Source: Actinomycetes bacterium (GTDB lineage: Bacteria > Actinomycetota > Thermoleophilia > Solirubrobacterales > JACPNS01). From it: 64,000 bases of DNA. Numbering within the stretch: the first letter of the stretch is position 1; each line of letters starts with the position of its first letter. The notes under the pieces were generated by a model, which was not told the origin of the DNA, did no database searches, and saw nothing but the letters and a program-made list of their open reading frames with translations. The DNA is taken from positions 2,519-66,518 of the forward strand of contig JAEYBE010000033.1 in assembly GCA_023404495.1 (NCBI GenBank). The letters are read 5' to 3'. Positions 8,329 through 17,827 of this stretch are shown piece after piece. The position numbers and the translations under genes are program-made.

Positions 8329-8370
8329 CCGAACCCGCTGCAAATCCCCACTTTTACGGCTCACAGCGCG

Positions 8371-8410
8371 AAGAAATACGTCCTGCCGAATTCGGCAAGA
8401 CGTACTTCTT
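8371..8410 (-). terminator. stem-loop downstream of the acyl-CoA dehydrogenase gene
   Basis: AAGAAATACGTCCTGCCGAATTCGGCAAGACGTACTTCTT forms an ~18-bp stem (two G-U pairs) with an AATT loop, about 55 nt past the stop. It has no clear U-tract. Confidence 0.5.
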
Positions 8411-8464
8411 GGCAGGAAACGGCTTTAACTTGCTGGCGCGCCTGGCGGCGCGCACGCCGGGTCG

Positions 8465-9721
8465 TTAGGCCGCGACCGCTTCGGCCTTCTTGGCCTCGAT
8501 CTCGGCCGCTGCGGCCTCAACCTGGGCGCGGTAACTGCTGACCTGCAGGCGGCCGACGACCATGCGCTGGATCTGGGCCGTGCCCTCGAAGATCTGGTAG
8601 ATCTTGGCGTCGCGGTACCACTTCTCGAGCGGCAGCTCGGCGTCCCACGCGGCAGGGCCGATCAGGTCCATGCAGGCTGCGGTCGCCCACATCGCGACGT
8701 CGCCACACTTGAGCTTGCTCATCGATCCCTGACCGGCGAGCAGCGGCTGGCCGTTAGCGCCCATCCATGAGGCGCGCTGCACGAGCAGACGAGCGGCGTC
8801 GATCTCGGTGGCGATGTCAGCGATCTGCTGATGCACGCCGGGGTTGTCGAGCGCCGGCTTGCCGTCGATCTTCTGCTCGGCGAGGTAGTCGAGCGTGAAG
8901 TCGTAAGCGGCCTGAGCGATGCCGATCGCGCTTGCCCCCACGAACGGACGCGTGATTTCAAACGTCGCCAGCGCATTGGCGCCGCCGACCTTCTTGCCGC
9001 TGCGGGCGTTCTCGAGCTTCTTGTTGAGCTTGTCCATGCCGCCGAGCAGATACTCAGCCGGGATGCGGCAGTTCTCGAGGATCACTTCGGTGGTCTGCGA
9101 AGCGCGGATACCGAGCTTGTCCTCCTTCTTGCCCTGCGACATACCGGGAGTGTCCTTGGGCACGATGAACGATGCCTGTCCGCGCGTTCCGAGCTCCGGG
9201 TCGACCGTTGCCACGACGACCGTCACATCGGCGATCCCGCCGTTGGTGATGAAGACCTTCGAACCGTTGAGCACCCACTCGTCGCCCTCAAGCTTGGCGG
9301 TGGTGCGCAGAGACTTGACGTCAGATCCAGCCGAGGGCTCGGTCACGGCGTAGGCACCAAGATGCAGATCGTCGCCGGTCGCAAAGCACTTGGGAACCCA
9401 CTCGGCAATCTGCTCACCGGTTCCCGAAGAGGCGATCCCAGCCGCCGCCAGGCCCGAACCGGCGATCGAGAGCGCGATGCCCGCGCAACCCCAGTGCATC
9501 TCTTCGGCGTAGATCACCGAGAACTGTCCCTGCGGATCGGTGCCCATCGACATCATGAACTCGAGCGTGCCGATGCCCTGCTTGGCCGCCTCCTTCATCA
9601 CGTCCCACGGCACCGACTGTTCCTTGTCGTGCTTCAAGGCGGCCGGGCGCATGTGCTCGACGGCAAACTTGTGAATGCGCTCCTTGAGCTCCAGCTGCTC
9701 AGGCGTGTAACCGAATTCCAC
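8465..9721 (-). CDS. acyl-CoA dehydrogenase
   Basis: VEFGYTPEQLELKERIHKFA..YAVTEPSAGSDV..IYQIFEGTAQIQR. The GTG at 9721 is preceded by GGAGCAGAAAG, and the track ORF's 45-aa extension is discounted. Confidence 0.9.
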   Translation of the reverse strand: MEFGYTPEQLELKERIHKFAVEHMRPAALKHDKEQSVPWDVMKEAAKQGIGTLEFMMSMGTDPQGQFSVIYAEEMHWGCAGIALSIAGSGLAAAGIASSGTGEQIAEWVPKCFATGDDLHLGAYAVTEPSAGSDVKSLRTTAKLEGDEWVLNGSKVFITNGGIADVTVVVATVDPELGTRGQASFIVPKDTPGMSQGKKEDKLGIRASQTTEVILENCRIPAEYLLGGMDKLNKKLENARSGKKVGGANALATFEITRPFVGASAIGIAQAAYDFTLDYLAEQKIDGKPALDNPGVHQQIADIATEIDAARLLVQRASWMGANGQPLLAGQGSMSKLKCGDVAMWATAACMDLIGPAAWDAELPLEKWYRDAKIYQIFEGTAQIQRMVVGRLQVSSYRAQVEAAAAEIEAKKAEAVAA

Positions 9722-9895
9722 TTTCTGCTCCTGTCGGGAAATTTGGAGGGGTGCAGATGCGACCGAACGTTCGTCTGCAACCGGCAGCGCGGAATTGTAT
9801 CTGCGAATGCGCCGATCGGTGGACTTTTGCTCAGCCGTTGGGAAGCGGTTAAGCAAGCAGCCTCCCGGCCCTCACGCGAGTATCGTGCCCGTTGC

Positions 9896-11161
9896 ATGAA
9901 GCCCTCCGCCGATCCTCGCCTGCGCCTCGCGCTCGCCACCGGCTGCGCCGTGATCGCCGCTCTGGCGCTCTCGGGCTGCACGCTGGGCGACAACGGTCTG
10001 CAGAAGACCACACTCTCCAGCGAGTCAAGCGTCGAGGACTTCGCCCGCGGCAGCGGTTCACCGGCGCTGACCACGCGTAACACGATCCGCATCCCAGGCG
10101 CTGACCCGGCGGCAAACGCGGCCGGCGCGGCGATCACCGCCTACCCCTCGAGCAGCTCGTTCACACGGCCCACCGCCGCCACGGTCGTCGGCGAGCAGGA
10201 TTGGCACGCGGCGATCGCGATGAGCGTGCTCTCGGCACCGCCGGTCTCGGCGCCGATGCTGCTCTCAAGCGCCGACGGCATGCCCGACGTCACGAAGTCC
10301 GCGATGGAGGCGCTCAGCCCGATCGGGGTCGTGATCCCCGGCCAGACGCTCAAGCCCAAGGCATTCGTCGCCGGCAATCTCGAACTCCCCGAGCGCACCC
10401 CGCGCGTCAATCTGGTCAACGACAGCTTCGAGAATCTCGCGCTCGCCGTCGACCGTCTCTCGACGCGCCTCTCCGGCGGCACGCCCTCTGAGTCGGTGAT
10501 CGTCACGACCGGCGATCCCGCCTTCAAGCGCTACGCCCTGCCGGCCGGCCCGCTGGCCGCGAACACCGGCAGCCCAGTCTTTTTCGTCGGCAAGGACACG
10601 GTCCCGCTGGCAACCCTGCGCGCGATCGCCGCCCACAAGAAGCCTTCGATCTACGTCGTCGGACCCGAAGGCGTGATCAGTGATCAAGCCCTTGTCCTAC
10701 TGCGGCGCTACGGGAAGGTCCGGCGCATCTCCGGAAACAACCCGACCGACAACGCGATCAACGTCGCTGTCTTTTCCGACCCCACCACCGGCTGGGGCTG
10801 GGGCGTCTACGACCCGGGTCACGGCCTGGTGATCCAGAACTCGCACAACGAGATGAACGTCGCGGCCGCGACCACGCTCACTGCGAATGCCGCCTACGGC
10901 CCCTTGCTCCTCAACAGCAGCGCGCAGGTCGTCGACCGCGAACTGCGCCAATACCTGCTCGACATCCAGCCGACTTACGTCCAGGGCTCGGGCCCGCAGA
11001 CGGCTGTCACCAACCGCGCCTGGCTGCTCGGTGACAGCGCGCAGATCTCAGCGGGCATGCAGGCGACGATCGACAAGTTGCTGGCGGTGATCTCCCCGAC
11101 CGTCGCGACCGGCGCCAGCGAAGAAACCGGCTCGCCGAAGGCCGCGGCGCCGACGCCGTGA
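9896..11161 (+). CDS. lipoprotein with three cell-wall-binding-repeat-2-like modules
   Basis: It has a lipobox (LALSGCTLG). Repeated units resemble CWB2 (IRIPGADPAANAAGAAITAYP; GSPVFFVGKDTVP..IYVVGPEGVISDQALVLLRRYGKVRRISGNNPTDNAINVAVF). The first 355 codons of the track ORF are antisense to the ACAD gene. Confidence 0.6.
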   Translation: MKPSADPRLRLALATGCAVIAALALSGCTLGDNGLQKTTLSSESSVEDFARGSGSPALTTRNTIRIPGADPAANAAGAAITAYPSSSSFTRPTAATVVGEQDWHAAIAMSVLSAPPVSAPMLLSSADGMPDVTKSAMEALSPIGVVIPGQTLKPKAFVAGNLELPERTPRVNLVNDSFENLALAVDRLSTRLSGGTPSESVIVTTGDPAFKRYALPAGPLAANTGSPVFFVGKDTVPLATLRAIAAHKKPSIYVVGPEGVISDQALVLLRRYGKVRRISGNNPTDNAINVAVFSDPTTGWGWGVYDPGHGLVIQNSHNEMNVAAATTLTANAAYGPLLLNSSAQVVDRELRQYLLDIQPTYVQGSGPQTAVTNRAWLLGDSAQISAGMQATIDKLLAVISPTVATGASEETGSPKAAAPTP

Positions 11162-11176
11162 CGTAAGATCGTCCGC

Positions 11177-11434
11177 GTGAGCGAATTCGAGAAGCCAGAG
11201 CTCGCAGGCGCGGGCACAGTCACGGTCGACGACGTGCGTGAACTCTCGGGCGCCGCAACCCCGCACTTCGCCCTGCACGTTCGCAATCGCCTTCGCCGGC
11301 TCGTTGCACCACTTGATCCCTCGGACCCGGCTCGCCAGCTTGCCGATGTCGAGATCGCGCGCCTCGAGCGCCTGGCGGTCGAGGGTCAGCGCGGAAGCGG
11401 GGAGTCCGATCTCCCCCACCTCACTAACGGCTGA
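11177..11434 (+). CDS. hypothetical small protein (85 aa)
   Basis: This is an ORF with a GTG start in a gap with no competing homology-supported gene. I recognise no family. Confidence 0.4.
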   Translation: MSEFEKPELAGAGTVTVDDVRELSGAATPHFALHVRNRLRRLVAPLDPSDPARQLADVEIARLERLAVEGQRGSGESDLPHLTNG

Positions 11435-12745
11435 TCAGACCGACTGCAGCGCGGCAGCCGATTCGAAGCTGCCGTCAATCAGCCTTGCAGCTGCCGGATC
11501 CAGCCGGCTGGCGCTGTTCTCACTGATGTCCAGCGAGGAGAGCAGGGCGCCAACTATCACGGGATCAAACTGTGTGCCGGCGTTGCGAACCAGCTCGGCG
11601 CGCGCCTCTTCGACGGGCATCGCCGTGCGGTAGGGCCGGTCGCTGGTCATCGCGTGGAAGGCGTCGCAGACGAGCACGATGCGGCTGGCCAGCGGAATGT
11701 CGTCGCCCTTGAGCCCATCGGGGTAGCCCTTGCCGTCCCATCGCTCGTGCTCGTGGCGAATCGCCTTGGCAACCTTTTCAAGCCCCGGGATGCGGGCGAC
11801 GATGCGCTCGCCGATCACCGGGTGTTGCTTCATGATCTCCCACTGCGCTTCGTTGAGCTTGCCCGGCTCGTGGAGCACTTCGTTGGGGATGCCGATCTTG
11901 CCGATGTCGTGCAAGAGGGCGACGTCGGCGATCGTGTCGACATCCGCGACCGGCAGATCGAGCTGATCGGTCACCGACGTGACGAGTTCCAGCGTTTCGG
12001 CCGAATGCTCTCCGGTGTATCCATCGCGAGCCGAAAGCGCCGCGCAAAGTGCCTCGACAGTCGCCTTGAAACGCCGGCGCTCGGTGCGGCTGATGCCGCG
12101 GACGCGGTTGGCGAGAACGCCGACCATCGCGGATGTCGCGATGTAGGTCGGCATCGCTACGAGCAGTTGCTCGAGGTTCACCTCGCCCGGTCGCAGCACC
12201 TCAGACGCAACAAATACCGTGCTCCAGACCACGTAGCCGGCGATCATCACGCTCCAGCGTCCCCAGTAGAAGAACGCCAGGAAGAGCAGCGGGAAAAGGT
12301 GGAAGGCGGCGATCCCGGGCTTGTCGAGCACGACCGTCGCAACCGCGATCACGGCGGTCGCGTATCCGATCATCGGCAGCACCCACCAGCGCTCGGCGCG
12401 GCTCCAGGGAACGATCAGCGCGGCGGCGAAGCCGACGCCGCAGAGCGCCAGCATGCCCACCGACGCGCCCGAGAGGTCGTCGGTCGAGAGCATGTAGATC
12501 GAAGAGAGCAGCGCACCTAGGAACCACGCGAAGGCGGCCAGACGCCCGACCCAGATGAAGGTCTGCTCGGCCTCGGCGCGGTGACCCTGCCAGGCCGGCG
12601 AGCTCTCGTCGGTGAGCGAAACATTGTCGATGACGTTCGGAGTCAAAGATCGTCCTCTGTGGTGATCAAGCGCCGGGCGGATCTCCCCAGATCCTTCTGG
12701 CGCGCCCCCGCCCTGCATCTCTGTAGGGCGAGCAAAGTATGACAT
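11435..12745 (-). CDS. membrane-anchored HD-GYP domain phosphodiesterase
   Basis: Multiple N-terminal TM segments are followed by YTGEHS..ALLHDIGKIGIP..HEHERWDGKGYPDGL..DAFHAMTSDRPYR. The start is uncertain. Confidence 0.85.
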   Translation of the reverse strand: MSYFARPTEMQGGGAPEGSGEIRPALDHHRGRSLTPNVIDNVSLTDESSPAWQGHRAEAEQTFIWVGRLAAFAWFLGALLSSIYMLSTDDLSGASVGMLALCGVGFAAALIVPWSRAERWWVLPMIGYATAVIAVATVVLDKPGIAAFHLFPLLFLAFFYWGRWSVMIAGYVVWSTVFVASEVLRPGEVNLEQLLVAMPTYIATSAMVGVLANRVRGISRTERRRFKATVEALCAALSARDGYTGEHSAETLELVTSVTDQLDLPVADVDTIADVALLHDIGKIGIPNEVLHEPGKLNEAQWEIMKQHPVIGERIVARIPGLEKVAKAIRHEHERWDGKGYPDGLKGDDIPLASRIVLVCDAFHAMTSDRPYRTAMPVEEARAELVRNAGTQFDPVIVGALLSSLDISENSASRLDPAAARLIDGSFESAAALQSV

Positions 12746-12814
12746 TCGTCACAAGCAAAAACAAGCCGAAAACGCGGTATTTCCGAAAATCCTCGATTCT
12801 GCGTAGAGCCAGGT

Positions 12815-14014
12815 TCAGACTGCAGCGGCGGTCATCTGGGTGGGCGAACTGAGTGCGGCCTGCGGAACGCGCGAACGGCGCTCGTCGTCGGCCAATTCAC
12901 CTTGGTCGAGCACGTGGAGCAGCGCGCCGACGACGGTCGGATCGAACTGAGTCCCGGCGTTTCGCGAGAGTTCAAGGCGCGCGTCTTCGACTGACATCGC
13001 CCTGCGGTAGGGGCGGTCGCTGGTCATCGCGTGGAAGGCGTCGCAGACGAGCACGATGCGGCTTGCCAACGGGATCTCGCCCGCCTTCAGCCCGTCCGGG
13101 TAGCCGCCGCCGTCCCAGCGCTCGTGCTCGTGGCGGATCGCGCGAGCGACTTCCTCAAGCCCCGGGACCGTGACGACGATCCGCTCGCCGATCACAGGAT
13201 GTTGCTTCATCACTTCCCACTGCTCATCGCTGAGCTTTCCGGGCTCGTGCAGAATCTCATTCGGGATGCCGATCTTGCCGATGTCGTGCAGCAGCGCGAC
13301 GTCGGCGACGTACTCGCAGGCGTTGGGCTTCAAGCGCAGTTCGTCGCAGATCGCGTTGACGAGGCCAAGCGTCTCCTGGGAGTGCGAGCCGGTGTAACCG
13401 TCGCGCGCGGTAAGCGCGGTCGAGAGCGCCTCGATCGTGGCCTTGTAACGGCTGCGCTCGGCGATCCGCATCGTGTTGAAGCGCGCGGCCAGTCCGCCGG
13501 TCAGCAGCGCGACCGCGATCAGCGCCGGGAGCGTGATGATCAGTGCCGAGGATGCGTCGCGGGCATCGCCGGTGATCACCGGGAGCGCAAAGACGAGCGC
13601 GGCGCCAAAGAGGTTCAGCCCGACGAGCACTCGGTTGTCCCAGAAGAACGAAGTGAGGGCCATCATCGGCATCAGCAGGACAACGGCCAACGTCGAAACG
13701 TCAAAGATGTAGACGGCCCCGACGATCGCGACCAGCGCGAGCCAGTAGAGCGAGAGCAGCCATTCCCTGCGCAAACGCACCCAGGGGATCAGCGCGCCGG
13801 CAATTGCCGACGCTGCAGTACCCGCGACCAGAACGATCGTCGCCGTCGTCCAACGGTCGGCGAGGGTCGCGTAGAGCGCCGCGCCGATCGCGCCGACGGC
13901 CATCCCGATTGCGAACAGCGAGCCGAGAATCTCGCGCGTGTCGCGGGTGGGTTGGTAGGCGGCGCCGACCGAGACGATTTGTTGGATGCGGGACTGGGCG
14001 TCGTACTGCGGCAT
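12815..14014 (-). CDS. membrane-anchored HD-GYP domain phosphodiesterase (paralog)
   Basis: It has the same HD-GYP motifs (HEHERWDGGGYPDGL). ATG 14014 is preceded by AGGAGACCCA. Confidence 0.85.
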   Translation of the reverse strand: MPQYDAQSRIQQIVSVGAAYQPTRDTREILGSLFAIGMAVGAIGAALYATLADRWTTATIVLVAGTAASAIAGALIPWVRLRREWLLSLYWLALVAIVGAVYIFDVSTLAVVLLMPMMALTSFFWDNRVLVGLNLFGAALVFALPVITGDARDASSALIITLPALIAVALLTGGLAARFNTMRIAERSRYKATIEALSTALTARDGYTGSHSQETLGLVNAICDELRLKPNACEYVADVALLHDIGKIGIPNEILHEPGKLSDEQWEVMKQHPVIGERIVVTVPGLEEVARAIRHEHERWDGGGYPDGLKAGEIPLASRIVLVCDAFHAMTSDRPYRRAMSVEDARLELSRNAGTQFDPTVVGALLHVLDQGELADDERRSRVPQAALSSPTQMTAAAV

Positions 14015-14163
14015 TGGGTCTCCTGAAGTTCCCGTGGCCATTTCGATTCTTGCGGATTCCCACGTCGTGGGCAAATTCGCCCTGGACGGATCTTCACGCG
14101 TTTTCAGATGTCTCATGTGACGCCGGGCCGGCGGCATCACCGAGTTACTGGGAAGTCAGTTCT

Positions 14164-14193
14164 GCGCGCGGGTCGGAATTCCGGCCCGCGCGC
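14164..14193 (-). terminator. GC-rich stem-loop downstream of the thiolase gene
   Basis: GCGCGCGGGTCGGAATTCCGGCCCGCGCGC has 13-nt arms with 12/13 paired, 38 nt past the stop at 14231. Confidence 0.45.
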
Positions 14194-14230
14194 TTTAGAA
14201 CTGCAATCGGGATTTCAGGAGAGTTTCGAC

Positions 14231-15427
14231 TCAGACTCGCTGGATCAGCGTGGCGGTGCCGATTCCGCCGCCGCAACACATCGTCACGAGCGCCCATTCC
14301 TTGTCGGCGCGCTCGAGTTCGTGCAGCGCCGTGGTGATCAGGCGGGCGCCGCTCCCGCCCAGCGGGTGGCCGATCGCGATCGCGCCGCCGTTGGGGTTGA
14401 CGCGGTCCCAGTCGGGACTGATTTCGCGGCGCCAAGCGGCAACCACCGAGGCGAAGGCCTCGTTGATCTCAATCAGATCGATGTCGTCGATCGTCATGTT
14501 GTTGCGCTCGAGGATCTTCTTGGTGGCGGGTATCGGACCGGTCAGCATGATCACCGGGTCTACGCCGACGGTCACCTGATCGACGATCTTCGCGCGTGGC
14601 GTGAGGCCGAGCTCTTCGGCCGTGTTGCGTTCGGCCAGCAGCACCGCGGCGGCGCCGTCGGAGATCTGGCTGGAGTTGCCCGCGGTCGTCACGCCGTCCT
14701 CCTTGAAGCTCGGCGTAAGGCCTGCGAGGCCCTCAAGCGTCGTCTCGCGCAGGCCCTGGTCGGTCGTGTAGGTGACCGAGTCGCCGTTGGTGCCGACGGT
14801 CATCGGCAGGATCTCGCGGTCGAAGCGGCCCTCTTCGGTGGCCTGCTGGGCGAGTTGCTGGCTGCGCAGCGCGAGCTCGTCGAGCTCGCTGCGCGGGATC
14901 TCCCACTTCTCGGCGATCATCTCCGAGCTGATTCCCTGCGGGACAAGCTGGTACTTGGAGTAGAGCTCTTCGGTGAACGGCGAGCCGACCTTGCCGAGGA
15001 TCTCCGGCGAGAAGCCGACGCCCATCGGAACGTGTCCGAGGTGCTCGACGCCGCAGGCAAGCACGACCTCATCAGATCCCGCCGCGATCTGGCTGGCCGC
15101 GAGATTCGTGGCGTGCTGCGAGGAGCCGCACTGAAGGTCCATCGTCGTCGCCGGCACGTCGATCGGCAGCCCGGCCTGCAGCCAGGCGTTGCGGCCGATG
15201 TTGAGCGACTGCTCGCCGATCTGCTGGACGCACCCGGTCATCACGTTGTCGACCTTCAGCGGGTCCAGACCGGCCCGCTCGAGCGCCGCCTTCTGCACAC
15301 TGCCAAGAAGTTCGTTGGGGTGCGTGTCCTTGTAGTAGCCCTTTTCCTTGTGGCCTCGCCCGATCGGGGTGCGCACGGCTTCGACGATCGTGACCTCGCG
15401 GCCATTGGCGACTGACTGCATACTCAT
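14231..15427 (-). CDS. acetyl-CoA C-acetyltransferase (thiolase)
   Basis: MSMQSVANGREVTIVEAVRTPIGRG..CGSSQHA..NPNGGAIAIGHPLGGSGARL..MCCGGGIG. The start is set at ATG 15427, and the 113-aa upstream extension is discounted. Confidence 0.9.
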   Translation of the reverse strand: MSMQSVANGREVTIVEAVRTPIGRGHKEKGYYKDTHPNELLGSVQKAALERAGLDPLKVDNVMTGCVQQIGEQSLNIGRNAWLQAGLPIDVPATTMDLQCGSSQHATNLAASQIAAGSDEVVLACGVEHLGHVPMGVGFSPEILGKVGSPFTEELYSKYQLVPQGISSEMIAEKWEIPRSELDELALRSQQLAQQATEEGRFDREILPMTVGTNGDSVTYTTDQGLRETTLEGLAGLTPSFKEDGVTTAGNSSQISDGAAAVLLAERNTAEELGLTPRAKIVDQVTVGVDPVIMLTGPIPATKKILERNNMTIDDIDLIEINEAFASVVAAWRREISPDWDRVNPNGGAIAIGHPLGGSGARLITTALHELERADKEWALVTMCCGGGIGTATLIQRV

Positions 15428-15542
15428 GTTCCGGCTGCCTATCCTTCTCGCTCGCGGCTCGCTTGCGCGCTGAATCTGCGCGGAGTGAACCGATCGGTAC
15501 TTGTAGTTGCACATTCTTTCAACCTTTGAGGGGAACTTTGTC

Positions 15543-16349
15543 GTGAGTGAGAAGCTGGGAATCGTCGGGAGCGGCCTGATCGCCACCGGACTTGCGGTCG
15601 CGTCGGCGTCGACCGGCGGAGACGTCGTGATCCGCGCGCGCTCCGAGGAGTCGGTCGAGAAGGCGAAGGCCGCAATCGACAAGGCCGTCTCGCGGCTTGA
15701 GAACCCCGAGGAAGTTGTGGCGCGGATCACGCACACGACTGATTTGTCTGACCTCGCCGACCGCACCTATGTCGTCGAGGCCGTCGCCGAGGACTACGAG
15801 GTCAAGAACCCGCTGCTGGCTGAGCTTGCCGGCGTGATAGCGGACGACGCGGTGCTGGCCTCCACGACCTCGTCGCTGTCGGTCAACAAGCTTGCCGCCG
15901 CCGCCGGGATCCCGGAGCGCTTCGTCGGCTTCCACGTCTTCTCACCGGTCCCGGTGATGAAGCTGATCGAGATCGTCTACGCGGACGAGGCCACAGAGGA
16001 CGTGCGGTCCCGCTCGCGCGCGCTCTGCGAGGCGATCGGCAAGACCGGCGTTGAAGTCCCCGACACGCCGGGCTTCATCGTCAACCGCCTGCTCTTCCCG
16101 TACCTGTTTGACGCCGCGCGCTTCCTTGAGACCTCTGGCCTTGAGCCCGAGGCCGTCGACACCGCGATGAAGCTCGGAGCCAACTTCCCGATGGGCCCGA
16201 TCGCCCTGCTCGACTACGTCGGCCTCGACGTCTCGATCGCGATCGGCGAGCAGATCGGCGTCGAGATCCCGCAGAACTGCCGCGACCTACTGGCTGCCGG
16301 CAAGCTCGGCCGCAAGACCAAGCAGGGCTTCTACGACTACAACAAGTAG
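15543..16349 (+). CDS. 3-hydroxyacyl/3-hydroxybutyryl-CoA dehydrogenase
   Basis: KLGIVGSGLIATGLA..FHVFSPVPVMKLIEIV..PGFIVNRLLFPY..GPIALLDYVGLDV. The GTG at 15543 follows GAGGGG. Confidence 0.9.
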   Translation: MSEKLGIVGSGLIATGLAVASASTGGDVVIRARSEESVEKAKAAIDKAVSRLENPEEVVARITHTTDLSDLADRTYVVEAVAEDYEVKNPLLAELAGVIADDAVLASTTSSLSVNKLAAAAGIPERFVGFHVFSPVPVMKLIEIVYADEATEDVRSRSRALCEAIGKTGVEVPDTPGFIVNRLLFPYLFDAARFLETSGLEPEAVDTAMKLGANFPMGPIALLDYVGLDVSIAIGEQIGVEIPQNCRDLLAAGKLGRKTKQGFYDYNK

Positions 16350-16357
16350 CGGGCCGT

Positions 16358-16381
16358 GGCCCGGGGCCTTAGCTCCGGGCC
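16358..16381. terminator. stem-loop between convergent genes
   Basis: GGCCCGG-N10-CCGGGCC lies between the hbd-like stop (16349) and the CNNM stop (16384). Confidence 0.4.
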
Positions 16382-16383
16382 GG

Positions 16384-17727
16384 TCAGTCCGCCGGGACCG
16401 CGGCGATTTCGCTGGTTTCACCGTGGCCGGCTACTGCGATGCGGACTGCTTCGATGCGGTTCTCGCGCACGCTCTCGACACGGATGATGTAGCCGCTCGC
16501 GCGGATCGCGTCGCCGCGCTTGGGCAGGCGACCGAGTTCGGCGAAGACGAAGCCGCCGATCGAGTTGTAGGCGTCAGAGTCCGTCGGCAGTTCGATGCCG
16601 TGATCCTCCAGATCGACCAGCGGCACGTGACCGCGCACGAAGAGGTCGCCGTTGGCAAGGCGGCGAACCGCACTCAGGGCCGAGTCCGTCTCGTCGTCAA
16701 TCTCCCCGACCACTTCTTCGACGATGTCTTCAACGGTCACAATCCCGACCGTGCGGCCGTACTCGTCGACGACGATCGCCATCGACATGCGCTCGCGCTG
16801 CAGATCGGCGAGTAGATCGTCGAGCGGCTTGGTCTCGGGCACCACGTAGGCGTCGCGCACCGCCTTGCCGATCGTCGCGTCCTCACCCTTGGAAAGCATC
16901 AGCCGCACCAGCGACGAGAGGTGCAGCACGCCCTTGATCTTGTCGGTCGATCGCCCTTCGGTGACCGGCAGCCGCGTGTGGCCTGAAGAAGTGCAGCGGC
17001 GCAGCGCCACCTCGACGGTGTCGTCGATGTCGATCGTCACGACGGCCGGAATCGGCGTCATCACGTTGCGCGCCTCATTCTCGTGCAGCTCGAAGACTCC
17101 GGAGAGCATGTGCGCCTCACCGGGATCGAGCGTCGCGTGCGAGCGACCGTGCTCGACCAGCGCGCGAAGATCGGCGCCCGTCGCCCCCAGCTCCATCTCC
17201 GAGGCCGGTCGGATTCCGACCAGTCCGACGAGCCAGTTCGCGGTCCCGTTGAGCACCGCGATCGCCGGCGAGAACACCCGCTTGAATACGCCGAGCGGCC
17301 CGGCGAGCCAGCGCGCGGTGCCCTCGGGCCGGGCAATCGCAATCGATTTCGGTGCCAGCTCGCCGATCACGATGTGCAGCACCGTGATGATCACGAAGGC
17401 CAACGTCACCGCGGCCGCGGTGGAGGCCTTCTCGCCGAATGCCTCGCCAAAAAGTGGCTCAAGCAGATGGCCCAGCGCGGGTTCTCCGGCAAAACCAAGG
17501 CCGATCGACGCCATCGTGATTCCCAACTGACAGGCCGACAGGTAAGAGTCGATCTGCGTCATCGCCGAGAGCGCGGCGCGCGTGCGCCGCGAATCGCCTT
17601 CTTCCTCGACCTGGCCCTCCAGCAGCGACGCCTTGGCGCGCACCAGCGAGAACTCGGCAGCGACAAAGAACCCGTTGATCAGGACAAGCAGCAGCGTGAC
17701 CAGCAGTAGCAGCCAGCTCATGCGCAA
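16384..17727 (-). CDS. CNNM/HlyC/CorC family protein (DUF21-CBS pair-CorC_HlyC)
   Basis: [27 protein letters not shown] is followed by a CBS region and a C-terminal [19 protein letters not shown]. Confidence 0.9.
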   Translation of the reverse strand: MRMSWLLLLVTLLLVLINGFFVAAEFSLVRAKASLLEGQVEEEGDSRRTRAALSAMTQIDSYLSACQLGITMASIGLGFAGEPALGHLLEPLFGEAFGEKASTAAAVTLAFVIITVLHIVIGELAPKSIAIARPEGTARWLAGPLGVFKRVFSPAIAVLNGTANWLVGLVGIRPASEMELGATGADLRALVEHGRSHATLDPGEAHMLSGVFELHENEARNVMTPIPAVVTIDIDDTVEVALRRCTSSGHTRLPVTEGRSTDKIKGVLHLSSLVRLMLSKGEDATIGKAVRDAYVVPETKPLDDLLADLQRERMSMAIVVDEYGRTVGIVTVEDIVEEVVGEIDDETDSALSAVRRLANGDLFVRGHVPLVDLEDHGIELPTDSDAYNSIGGFVFAELGRLPKRGDAIRASGYIIRVESVRENRIEAVRIAVAGHGETSEIAAVPAD

Positions 17728-17827
17728 GCCTCCCGGTCCGGGCGGCGATGCGAGTTGCTACTTCGAGGAGGCGCGTCTTCGGGGACGTCCATTGCAGGCC
17801 AAGTTACCAGCAGCGAGGACAGACCGC

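Noticed and set aside
8831-9895. N-terminal 355 codons of the 776-aa plus-strand ORF
   Set aside because: It is antisense to the acyl-CoA dehydrogenase. A lipoprotein signal peptide begins at ATG 9896, so only 9896-11161 is taken as real.
11177-11434. The 85-aa ORF as part of a functional pair with the adjacent HD-GYP gene
   Set aside because: The two genes are convergent (stops abut at 11434/11435), so they are not co-transcribed. The small protein has no recognisable motif, so it is kept only as a low-confidence hypothetical CDS.
8371-14193. Two long palindromes both centred on GAATTC (8371-8410 and 14164-14193) considered as members of a REP/MITE family linked to the RAYT gene
   Set aside because: Apart from the central GAATTC their arms are unrelated in sequence and GC content. 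Each sits just downstream of a gene's stop, so they are better explained as independent terminator hairpins.
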